64,000 nucleotides of DNA from Mytilus edulis (lineage: Eukaryota). Below the pieces are notes generated by a model. That model was not told the origin of the DNA and did no database searches. It worked only from the letters and a program-made list of their open reading frames with translations. The stretch lies in assembly GCF_963676685.1 (NCBI RefSeq), contig NC_092347.1, positions 2,728,001-2,792,000 on the forward strand, given 5' to 3'. Position numbers and translations under genes: made by a program. Shown here piece after piece: positions 42,500-54,107 of the stretch; within the stretch, counting starts at the first letter, position 1, and each line of letters begins with the position of its first letter.

Positions 42500-42695
42500 C
42501 CCAAGGAATGAGACACTTCCTTGTAAGTTCCAGTTGAATATAAAAGACATAAGAAACTTCCTTTATACGACACACCCAGAGAATATGACGAACTTCCCTG
42601 TAAGTGCACTAACTTCAAGTAAGCTTATGATCCCAAAGAATAGTACACTCCTTTGTAAGATCAAAATCCTAAGGGATAAATTGCTCCCTTATAAG
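42500..42695 (-). ncRNA. Array of 4-5 related bulged stem-loops in the element's 3' UTR
   Basis: Sense-strand units CUUA(C/U)-stem-loop-stem-GG at 42668-42695, 42632-42659, 42575-42604 and 42500-42527, plus a degenerate one at 42543-42568. Compensatory changes and G-U pairs. Confidence 0.6.
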
Positions 42696-42783
42696 ATTAA
42701 CAACGATGACCTCCTAACAATATACAAAGCATACAAACAAAAATTTAGATGATTATCATAAAACAAAAGGTAGATAATACAGA

Positions 42784-43307
42784 TTATATATGACTCATAA
42801 CATGTTGAAAGCATCTGCGAAGCTCGTATAGATCAGCTTCATTAAGATGCAACCCTCCGTCCTTAAAGGCAAAAAGAGACCTAATAGGACGTCCTCTTAC
42901 AAGAAACCTTTTATATGATTTTATAAAAATAATGTTATATTTAGAACATACAGAAAGTAATTGCCTATTAATATTAGCACATTTAAAACCAGTTAAATCA
43001 AAATCTACAGGTCTTGGTAAAATAGAAGATATATAAAGCTTGACATGCGGAGACAAAGATTTAAATTTTACAAATAACTCTCTAAAATCAGCAATGATAC
43101 GATCTACAGAAAAGTCTCTTACATCGTTAGTTCCAACATGAATAAGACAGTAAGAATAGTTACTTAAGTTTATTTCACCTTGATCCAGTTTCTTGTTAAT
43201 AGTGGAAATACGAGCACCACTGTAAGCTTGAAGGTCCATGTTAGAAATGCCAGATAAATGTTTACAGATTGAATCGGATAACACCAGTACATGTTTGTTG
43301 GTTATGT
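42784..43307 (-). CDS. SGNH/GDSL hydrolase (esterase) of the YR element
   Basis: Block I LSDSI, block II SGARI, block III HVGTND, block V DGGLHLN. Intact ORF from the acceptor ttttttcag|AC at 43307. Confidence 0.9.
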
Positions 43308-43318
43308 CTGAAAAAATA

Positions 43319-44289
43319 TTATAAAAGTTTGGCCATTGACTCTGCAACAGATATTTTCTCCTGCATAGTAAAATTCAAATATAGCTTATAGGCATCACTT
43401 GCCCAGTCACCGTGCAGCTGTATCAGTTCACTAGGGACTCTAGCCTGAAAGGCAAATGACGCACCTCCCCGTCTAAAAGAATGTGTAGAGTAAAGGCGAG
43501 TATCTCGTCCAGTCAATGAAATGATACGCTTAAGTTTAGATTGAAACTGTTTGTAAGTTACTGTTTTAAGACTAGCATTTCTCTTGATAACAAAAGCAGG
43601 AGATTCTTCAGGAGCAGGAATCATGCGGCACATTCTATTGTATGCAGTAACGGGACATAAAATAGAATCATCTATTTTGACCAAAGGTATTTTTAAAATT
43701 CGTTCACCACATTGTATAGTTTTAGTCCATTCAAACACCACAATAGCTACTCTTTCATGCATAAAAACTTTGCCTCTAGTAAGTTGCCTTTTATAATCAA
43801 AAGAATCTACAGAATCTGGCACTAAATTAGACTTACGAGACATAAGAAAAAAGGCAAATAAAAATAAACACCAATACACAATATCTGTACAATTATCAAG
43901 GTCTAAAAATTTAAGCATCTCTTTTAGCAAATCGGGAGTAATAGGCCTAGCTTGTCTAGGACAGTGTTGTTTGACTCTAGAAATTCCCGCCATTAACAAC
44001 TTAAATTCAAAATTATCTAAAGGGGGAAATGGAAGATCTAAATAAAAATGCATAATTTTAACACCATTGATATAATTCCTGATAGAATCAGTCGATTTGA
44101 ATGATCGACTTAAAAATTGCGCATAACAGTTAATCGTTTTAAAAGTGACAGGAATAGGAGCAACATCAAAATAAAAACAAAAGAGCAAAAAGGCTCTCCA
44201 TTGTGAAACTAAATTTTTCTTAGTTCCTACTGCAAACGCAGACTTAGTAGACTTTTTAACATCTTTCTCTAACTGTTTAAACTGAACAT
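43319..44289 (-). CDS. Tyrosine recombinase (phage-integrase family) of a DIRS/Ngaro-like element
   Basis: Uninterrupted ORF from the acceptor ttttcag|AT at 44289, with N-terminal core-binding region (SAFAVGTKKNLVSQW...CYAQFL...IRNYINGV) and catalytic R (MSRKSNL), K (WTKT), HSFRRGG, HGDW and Y (SDAYKLY). Confidence 0.93.
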
Positions 44290-44816
44290 CTGAAAAAAGG
44301 AATTATGTATATATATGTATATATAAATCACCAACTGTGACTAAAAGAAAATAGGCTGTCCTCAACTTCAAATTCCTCTAAATTCGAGGAAACAGAGTTA
44401 AAAAATTGAGTTCGATGCAAATCAGACAAATGCCAACGACCCTAAAAATTTTACGTCTAATTCAAACAATCGAAATCAAATAATAAAGATATAACATAAC
44501 AGTGTGAGCAGGTTTCACTCACTTACAAATTTATTTATATTTTATACCTTAAGGCTATCCAGTCAAATTAACAGACGAATTTCAGCCAAGTAATTACTGG
44601 TTTTTAAATTATAAAAACAAACCTATGTATCAACAGTATTGTGTGAATTATCAAAATCATTGTAATAAATTACTTTGCTTTTCGTGGGCCCTCAGGTCAA
44701 GGACGTATACAAATCCTTGTCTTATCTTATATTCAAAATAGAATAAAAACAGGAAAAAGCAGAAAAATGCATATCACGTACAGTTACAGAAAGTTCAAAC
44801 TGTCAAGAACGATGTA

Positions 44817-47330
44817 CTTCTTCTTCTTCTTCTTCTGGAAGTCCACCCTATCTACAGGGTCACCGCATTTAAATTTTTTGTTTATTTTTAAAATTGCGTT
44901 ATTTAAAATTCTATCTACTGGTTAAAATTTAAAATAATATTAACAGAGTTAGAATAGGATAAAACTAAATATTAGTTAAAACAGGAACTTGTATGTACAC
45001 TATACATTTAAAATTATAAAATGGATAAAAGTAATATCTTATCAGTTGTTTAAATTCTCTTAGCAAAGGAAAGTGAAAGGAACTACTAATCTGTACTAGT
45101 AATTGGTTAAATTTATGGACTAGTATGGTTTCTTAATAAGTTTAAATATATGTAATTATTAATAGATAAAATGGTAAGGGATACGAATAAAACAAGAAAC
45201 TTGTAAAAATTAGTTTTAAGTAAAACAGTAGAGTTTGTCAATAGAATTTGGGTCTATAAGATTATTTACAGGGGTAATTAATTCATATGCTCTAGTTATG
45301 GTTTAACTATGAATTACTTAGCTACATCACCTAGTATTAATTAAGTATATAGACAAAGTAGTATAATACTTGTTATATGTTACATGCCCACGACTGACAG
45401 CCACTTGTAGTTTAAGCTCAGAACTCAACTGATTGTTCATTTGTTTTCCAAAAGTTGGGTTCTTTTAGCATGCAATGCATAGATCCAGTCTTTGCAGATT
45501 CGTTCTAAGTCTCTCTGCTGAGGCACAGTTATAAGGTCGTTACTAGAACAGTCAACCAATAATTCTAGAAGATCCTCATCAGAATCAATTATACTGCAAT
45601 AGTGGATATGATTATCCTCTAGTAGGGATTTTAGTCTATCTTGATGAATTTTTCTCACACAATTCAGACTTTCACAGTTGATTAGGAAATGTTTATAATC
45701 CTCAGGTCCTACCATGCACAATTTGCATTCTGCAGATTTTTTTCCGTCAAATCGGTTGGTAATACTTTGGGTTTTGTAAGTTCCTGTAAGTATCCTGGAT
45801 TTTATTATCCCTTTGCTAACATCTCTTTTATTATCTCTGACACTGCTCCAACAAAAGTTTGGTTTTTTAAAGTTCCAGTTGTTTACTTCCATATATTTGA
45901 GTGTTGATTTGCTTCTAGCAGATTCGGTCCATCTGTTTTTCCAGGTTTTGTCTATAACATCATGAGTCAATCGTTTCCAATTTTTCTCTGGATTTAGTAT
46001 AATCTCATGTGCGGATGGAAGATAATAAGATTTGAGAGTTTTGTCCACATTTATGTACCAACTATTTGATTTATCATCTTTTGTAGCTAGCTGTCTAATT
46101 CCAATTTTACACTCAATTGAGTTGGGATCTTTTGAAATTCATAGAAATAGGGAAATGACAGCTTTATGTACGAGTTGCTCAATAGATTCGGCTCCGAGTA
46201 AGATATAGATAGCAGCATCTGCAGTTCTTTGTGGTAAGGATAGAATTTGTTTAAAAGTTTTTTTCTGAAAAGCTTCTAATTTTTGGATATCAGTTTTAGT
46301 AATGTTGAGAATTTCAATTCCATAGATCATTCTTGGTATAACATAAGTCCGCCATAGTTTATACGATAATAGTGGATTTATACCATTTATTCCATGTAAT
46401 CCAGCTCCTAATAGGGAATACATTGTAGCTCTTGCTACAGAAATTCTATTCTCTACATTTGGATTATTTTTCTCTTGTCTTTCAATTCCTAAATGTTTAA
46501 TGTTTTGCTTTTCGTCTATTTTTTCATTAACAAGTTGAAGATTTATATCTTTATTCTTCTTGTTTATCATTAGAATTTCAGTCTTTTTGCTGTTTATCTT
46601 TACCCGATCGTTTTTGGTACAGTTTTCAATGATGCGGAGTTGGGTTGAGGCATCATGTTCTGAGCCCGGCCAGCACATAGCATTATATATATATGTCATC
46701 TGCGCACGTTGGGCAACCCACATAATTGGTTCCAATTTTAATTCTTATGTTTGTGGATTCAAGAGTATTTAGGATATTCTTATTATAGGCCTTGTAAAAA
46801 TTGGCAGAGAGAATTCCACCTTGTTTGACTCCCTGCTCATTTACAAATGTTTCCGAGATATATCCTTGAGATTTAACTTGTGTAGTTGTTTTGTTATATA
46901 GTTCCTTAATTAGTAACCATGAAGCTCCATTAATTCCTTGATGATATAATTTCCAAAATAGGTGTATATGGTCTACCACGTCAAATGCTTTTTCTGCATC
47001 CAGAGTTATTAGAATGAGACACTCGTTTTTATCTTTGGCTTCGTTAATTGCTTCAGAGATGAGAAGAGCAATATTAATAGAGGATGCACCCTTAGTGAAA
47101 CCTTTCTGAAGCTTGTTTTGATGTTTATTTAGTGTACCCTCGATTCTAGCTCTAATACAAAGCTCCAAAATCTTACAAATGATGGAAATGACTGTGATGC
47201 CTCTATAGTTGGATGGAATAGTAGGGTCTTTGTCTTTTTTGTGGACAGGGGTCAGCAGACCTTTTTTTGATGATTTCAGGAACATGCTTTGTATAGAATA
47301 TATTGTTAATTAAGGTAACTAGGAATTCAG
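44817..47330 (-). mobile_element. 5'-truncated non-LTR retrotransposon (RTEX/RTE-like LINE), RT plus C-terminal CCHC, frameshifted
   Basis: NYRGIT, QKGFTKG, LDAEKAFDVV, GVKQGGILS, CPTCADD, YSLLGAGLHG.NG.NP and CKLC...HFLINC. (GAA)n tail at about 44817-44835. An (AT)n expansion frameshifts just after ADD. Confidence 0.92.
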
Positions 47331-47608
47331 TCAACTCTGTTCCACCATAAATTAGATGTTCTGCAGTTAAATCTTTTACATCCCCAGCCTTTTTTCTTTT
47401 TAATATTGAAATACGCTTGGTGATTTCTGTTGAGGTAACAGGTTGAATTGTTATTTATGATGTACATATTTCCGGATCTGAAGATGTTTTCCGATATTGA
47501 CATGATTTTACATAAATTTGGCGGGGAAAATCTCCCACAATTCTCTGATATTTGTAAACAAAGTGATGTTTCGTAATCATTAAAACACGTGTGTAAGAAG
47601 CTGCTAGG
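47330..47608 (+). promoter_or_regulatory. Candidate compact NEIL1 promoter/5' region
   Basis: About 280 bp between the LINE 5' end and the ATG, with an E2F-like TTTGGCGGGGAAAA (47517-47530), an ETS-like TTCCGG (about 47470) and CACGTG (47586). Motif matches only. Confidence 0.35.
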
Positions 47609-50600
47609 ATGCCTGAAGGACCCGAATTGTATATGTCTGCACAGTTTATCAACCAAACTTGTAGAAACAATCTCTTTTCAGGGCAAATATTTAAATCATC
47701 AGTCAGTCGACAGCCAGATATTGATTGGAATGAAGAAACATACACAATATCTGCTGTGACGAGAGGGAAAGAAATAAAATTAACGTTACAATCGATTACA
47801 AATGATCAAAAAGAAAAGAAGAAATGTGCAAAAAATCAAAACAAAACACTTGACATTGTTTTCCAGTTTGGTATGTCTGGTAAATTTGATTTTTATGAAG
47901 CAAATGAACTTCAGAAACATGCTCATTTGAACTTTTTCACCAAAACTGAAAATAACAAAAGTGTTCCAATGGTGTTGAGTTTTGTAGACTACAGACGTTT
48001 TGGGAAATGGCAGCCTAATGGAAACTGGTCTGTGGAACGAGGACCCTGTGTACTCACAGATTACGTTCCATTTAGGTATTTATAAACAAATTGACACTTG
48101 TATTTCATGGAATGAGTTAGTCCAAATAATTATGCCGTCTAGAAAGGCTATTTTTGATTTTGCTGTTACGCGTCCAAATTTTTTTTATCAAAAAGCCGTA
48201 CTAAAACGGCATAATTATTTGGACTAGGAATGAGTAAGAAAAGGAATGATCAGAGGCAGATTTAGTGGGACCGCTGCAACTCTTTTCTGGGAAAAAAATT
48301 GATTGATTATATAGTGAATCTTTGAAGCTTGGCTGTATACCCTCTAAGGCATTTAGTTGGCCCCACTTATGAAAATTTCTGGATCCGCCTCTGATGATGA
48401 CAGTATAACACAAATCTATAAATGGCCGCCAAGTGCAATGAAAAATAATAATATGTAATTTAAATTACTTAACCATGTGAACATGTTTTGGAAGCTGTGA
48501 TTTAAATTATATGAAAATGTCCCCTAACCACTGAAATTCAGTTACGACCTGAGATTTCATTCTTCAATACAGGTCATGACCTGCGTTTTCATTGTCATAC
48601 ATGTAGGTTGACAGGTTTTATTTTGAAACAAAAATTCATACAGTTAATACCTAATGTTTATTTATTAATTTTGTTATTTTCCTTTTCAGAGAAAATATAT
48701 TAAAGAATGTTGAGCTCTCTGTGTTCAGAAAACCTATTTGTGAAGTACTTTTGAATCAGAAGTATTTTAATGGTATTGGAAACTATCTCAGAGCAGAAAT
48801 ATGTTACAGGTAAAGTGATACTGAGATTATATTTGTCTAAAAGAAGTTGAAAAGTGATACTTTGGCATGCTGTTTACGGCACTGTCAACAATGTACAATG
48901 TATGAGTTTTTTAAAGGTCAATTTAAGATAAGCATTAGTCATCATGATCATGACCAGTGGTACAATGTAGGTGAATGAAGTTTGGTATGCAGTTGTATAA
49001 ACATTCAAACTTTACATGATTCCATGAACCTATAGATAAAAGGCAACCATGGACTTTGCAATATTTTGGTTCATTCTACATGTATAGTACTTTTACATTC
49101 CTATAACTTATAAACTTTTGCCTAGTTTTGTTTGAATTAAATCCCTTGAATAATTGTCAAGTTCTGTATAGAATAGTCAAAAGCCATTAATAAATAACAC
49201 TTAAAATGGATCTACCGATGACTGAACCGCTTCGCAGAGATCAAGTACATGGAGCACTAAATTTACTGTACAATAAAATAAATTCCTGACATATATTACA
49301 TTGTCAAAAAATGTATATGCTTTTGCCCTATTGATTCTATTGATGCCAGATTGATGCCAGATAACAGCAATATTTTTCTTTCATACTGTGAATTCATTTA
49401 TTTTCATGGGTATCAATTTTCGTTGATTGCTGAAAACTTGCATATTTGTGGAAATTTGATTTTGTGGTTTTGATTTTGTGGTTTTGCCAATCTCTGTATA
49501 TAAAGCCTATTAAAAATATGTTATTCGTTGAACATTTGAATTTGTTGTTCACCTGTATCCAAGTACCCAACAAAAAAGCGAATAATAATGAATCCACATG
49601 GGGTATACACAGTGAGTATTAACTTACATGTAAGTGTATGAAACACATGTTGATAGTTGTCTTTCTTTGAACTGTTGTCTGAGGACAGTGAGGTTCCATT
49701 CTTGTTTTAAATATACATGGATTGCATTAACTAAAATGTATTAATCTCTTTTTCCTGACTTTGTACATGAATATCTGGATATTATGATGTCACATCTTAT
49801 TTCTAATAAATTGATGGCAAAACAAAATCAGAAGTTTAATACATGGGAAAAACTGTGATAAAGAGAGGTGAAAGATATATACATGTACCAAAGAGATATA
49901 CAAACTCACTAAAAAACAAACTGACTGGGGATTATGTCACATTCTAACACAAATTTTTGACAGAGATCTTAAAAAATGTTAGTATAGGACACAGACTGCC
50001 TAATTCCAAACAATGAAAAATTGAATTGAAATTGATATTTTGGCTTCAAATTGAATAAATGAAGCATTGTGTATAAAGTTATTATACCCCCGCTTTGAAA
50101 AAAAGGGGGGTATACTGTTTTACCTCTGTCTGTCCTTCCGTCAGTCTGTCAGTCAGTCCGTCCGTCCCATGAATATTTTTCGTCACATTTTTCTCAGGAA
50201 CTACACTACCAGGATTTCTGAAATTTAGTTTCATAGTTTATATATGTCAGCTTTACCGTGTGATGCATTTTCAGATTCATCACTGGACAACTTCCTGTTT
50301 ACCGAACACTTGTATCATTTTACACATGATAGCCAAGTTGAAAATTTCCGTCACATTTTCTCAGGAACTATACTAAAAGGATTTCTAAAATTTGGTTTCA
50401 GGCTTGATATAAGTCCGCTATACCGTGTGATGCCTTTTCAAATTCATCACTCGACAACTTCCTGTTTACCGAACACTTGCATATTTTTACACTATTAATA
50501 TTATCCACTTGCGGCGGGGGTATCATCAGTGAGCAGTAGCTCACAGTTTCACTTATTATAAGATTATTTTAAATTTTGAATTTCAAAATAATTGGTAGGT

Positions 50601-53600
50601 TTTAGAAAGGATTTGTAAAGCATGTATAGTAAGTAAGTTTCTATACAAATCCTTGGTTATAGCATGAATATTAACTTGCATTACAATATTATAATGTAGA
50701 TCTAGAGGAATATACAGATAGTTGTATACAGTTAACTACGAACAAAAAAATTGTTTTAAAAGATCAAAGTCATGCATAAATGTGTCTTATTACTTATATT
50801 TTTATTTATTACAACAATAACCCCTCAGGTTGTTTTTATAGGGGAGGAATTCTACCATTTCAAGATGCAAGATCAGTATTAGAACCGCTACTCACCGAAA
50901 CAAATGAAGTGAAAATAAAGTCTGAGAAACCAGATATACTGCAGCTTTGTCATTTGTTGCCTAATGAAGTTATTAACTTAGGTTTGTAATTTAGTACTGT
51001 GTATTCCTAGTGTTGTCAAGATAACATGCTGGCATTATAATTCAACTTCAGTGTACTTAGTTAACACATGATTTTCGCTTCAACCATTTGAAAACCATCA
51101 GGCTCTATAAGTATATATCTTAATATACATGTGTTTTCTGGCAACCAATTGCTCAGAAACTCATGGACATGCAATCATACAGATATAGGAAGATGTGGTT
51201 TGAGTGCCAATGAGACAAATATCTCAATTTACTGCAATGCATTATAATTGCCATTTAATGTCTCAATTTACTGCAATGCATTATAATTGCCATTTAATGT
51301 CATCAGACATTAAGCATACTTTTGAACATCTGCATTCATTTATTGTCAAAGTTGTCCAAGAAAGGAGCTCATATAGCACTACACACTACATAGATATACA
51401 CTTTACATACATTTGTACATGTGTCTATAAAACAACATGGAAAACAAAGAAAAAATTTATTCCAAGAAAGATAACTCAGTTTATTCTTTTTCCAAGTACT
51501 GATAAAATCTGTTTAATTCTGGATCAGGGAATAGACAATGATTGAAACCAAAATTAAGGAATAGAAAAAGTTAGTAATGAAAATGAATTGAGAACAAAAC
51601 AGTGGTTTGTGATTCCAAACTTGTGTTTTGTGAGTCGACTCAACATAAATCATGGATGTGTACATTTTCTGTTTTTATTGGTATGCTTTTCAATAAAACA
51701 ATTTTTAATATTTAAATTCCCCATTTACATTTTCAGTTGTCTTAAAACAGTATTTTTTGAAAATTTCATAATGGAAATGGGGAATGAGTCAAAGAGACAA
51801 CAACCCTACCAAAGAGCAGAAAACAGCTGAAGGCCACCAATGGGTCATCAATACAGCAAGAATATCTGCACCCAGAGGCGTGCTTCAGCTGGCCCCTAAA
51901 CAAAAATGTGATAATGGACATTTGTAATTGTCATAACTTTAAAACTGCAGGAAGTCTTTTGACAAGTGAGAATTAAAACCATATTGATATAATTTTACAA
52001 CTCTTATATTACAGGAGGTACAGGCTATGATCCAGAAAATAGAGATCCTGATTACTCCAAGTTTACAGAATGGCTTCAGTGTTACTACAAACCTGGCATG
52101 AAAAACATGGCTGACCACAATAAAAGAACCATGTGGTATGATGGTAATCCAGGGCCATTAAAACCATCAGGTAAGGGCGACCTACTAAACACAAGTTGTT
52201 TGTCTTAAATCAGGTTAGGGTGACCTACTAAATACAATGTTGATGACCTACTAAATACATGTTGTTTGTGTTAAATCAGGTAAGGATGACCTACTAAATA
52301 CATGTTGATGACCTACTAAGTACATGTTGATGACATATATACTAAATTAATGTTTGTGTTAAATCAGGTAATGATGACCTACTAAATAAATGTTTGTTGT
52401 ATCAAATATGTCTAGATATCTATTGACACAGAACCATATGGCTTTAATTTGTCCTGACTTTTGCAGATTTTTAATGAAATTGAAACCTAACAGTATTATT
52501 AATTTGTTTAAATTGATTAACTCTGAACTGATTGGTAGAGCTTACAAATTACTCACCAGACCTCTATTATATCACTTGGACAAAGTTCATTGTCACAGTA
52601 CTGAAATTGCATATAGTACCCGGAAATGTGCTTATTTTGCAGACATTAGGAGCAGAAAGTTTCTTATAGACTAAATACATGTATTAGTGATTAAACATTA
52701 TTTACGTCTTTTCAACATCAATGAATATATTTGGATATACTTGAAACATATACAGTATATTTCATCAGATGAGGTGTTTAGTGGAAAATGTAATCACATC
52801 ACCAACTTCTACAAACAATAATCTTTTCAACAGATTTATATTTCTTATAAAAATGAATAGCAAATATTGACTATTATCTAGATGTATTAAATAATTGGTG
52901 AAATAAAACAAAACCGAGTTATGTGATTTATACATATGCGAATTAAGTATGGAAACAATTTGGGTACTCATTACATATGCATTGGTCATTTGGCGATCAG
53001 TTTAAACCCATTTTACTATGATACAATATGAATAAAACTTTAAACTGTTGAAACTTTGTGGTTAATAATGATACAACTTCAAAATATACACAGAATACAA
53101 ACTTTTTAATATTTCAGTTGAGAAAGTAAGAAAGATTAAGAGAAAAAAGAAAGTATCTGAAGAAGTGGAGAAGACTGCATTAAAGGTAAAATAGAAACAT
53201 CAATTTATATAATAAAAATAAAGATTAAACAAAGATAATTATCCTCATGAAGAACATTTGGTTTCTAATTAAATCAATAATAATCATTACAGTTACAGTT
53301 TCCATGTTTAAATGATTTAACACTAGTAATATTTGCCTCCTTAATAACCTGCTGTAAGGTGTGGGTCGATGCTCCGTGTTGAAGGCTGAACTTTCACCTA
53401 TAATTTGTAAAAATAGTTAAGATATATTTTCTGTAAGGATTTAACGTGCAAGTTCTTTAAGCTTATTACCAAATGTAAAACAGAAGTGTAAAGATATTGA
53501 TGTTTTCTGCTATTTGAGATGCCACAAAGTTTAATATCACAGACTTTGATGTTATTTGGTAGATTAAAAAAAGATTTTTGTTTATATTGATAGCATTATT

Positions 53601-53953
53601 AAATTTTGTTAGCTATTTTTCAGAAACTTAAAGTAGAAAAAACAGATCATGACAGTAAAGCAGAAATATCTGGAAAATCCAAAAGAAAAAGAATAACTGC
53701 AACTGGACCTATTACACGTAAAAATGTGACTGAGGAAGAAAGCTTGAAGAAAAGCAAAAAGAAATCTTCAGCAATGGCTAAAAATGCAGATCTTGAAAAG
53801 AGCACACTGGAAGCAGCTGGGAAGAGAAGAGCTACTAGAAGGAAGCTATCTAAGACAAGTGTTTCTGATACAAATATATCAGTATCAAATACTCCTAAAA
53901 ATAAAATGGCTGGAAACACTGTTAGAAGAACAAGAAGGGGGAAAAGGAGTTGA
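47609..53953 (+). CDS. NEIL1: Endonuclease VIII-like 1 DNA glycosylase/AP lyase (about 426 aa)
   Basis: Exons 47609-48075, 48690-48809, 50842-50981, 52015-52170, 53118-53185 and 53624-53953, all GT-AG and in phase. Motifs: MPEGPEL (catalytic Pro2/Glu3), RGKE, FGMSG, DYRRFG.W, H2TH LLNQKYFNGIGNYLRAEI, zincless finger WLQCY...KRTMW...PGPL, basic disordered tail. AATAAA just after the stop. Confidence 0.96.
50080..50558 (+). mobile_element. HINE/pearl-like element, 2 x about 168-bp cores, in NEIL1 intron 2
   Basis: TTATACCCCCGC...GGGGGTATA, (TCTG/TCCG)n tract, cores at 50181 and 50349, subterminal GCGGGGGTAT, hairpin GTGAGCAGTAGCTCAC. Confidence 0.85.
52167..52400 (+). repeat. Tandem repeat derived from the NEIL1 exon 4 donor region
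   Basis: TCAG|GT(A/T)A..GACCTACTAAA.ACA.GTTG repeated, with donor-like sites after 52170, 52213, 52279 and 52367. Confidence 0.85.
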
Positions 53954-54107
53954 GGAATAAATGGTTCTCAAATCTTTTTAAAGGAAGTTCAAATGATGGA
54001 ATTTGAACAAGATTGTAGTGTAAATAATTGAATGCCTTGAACTGTAAAAAATGTTTAAACAAGTGTAGCATTGTGATATTACAAACTGTCATCAAGTGTA
54101 AATTTAC

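Larger units (their letters stand above)
42130..44441 (-). mobile_element. 5'-truncated tyrosine-recombinase retrotransposon (Ngaro/DIRS-like): RNase H tail, YR, hydrolase, 3' UTR
   Basis: The order RT/RH C-terminus (RWHLSDL...SLFSFSHSW*, 44441-44328), YR, SGNH hydrolase matches the described Ngaro organisation. The 3' boundary is approximate. Confidence 0.8.

Noticed and set aside
43319-44289. Prophage integrase, bacterial contamination or Crypton
   Set aside because: The RNase H tail upstream, the hydrolase downstream, the splice acceptors and the eukaryotic flanks fit a Ngaro/DIRS-like retroelement.
47327-47745. Antisense ORFs over the NEIL1 5' end, and similar shadow ORFs at 53647-53919 and 20096-20418
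   Set aside because: Shadows of real coding exons with no motifs or splice support.
51221-51300. 39-bp exact tandem duplication in NEIL1 intron 3
   Set aside because: An ordinary local duplication with no splice or structural consequence seen.
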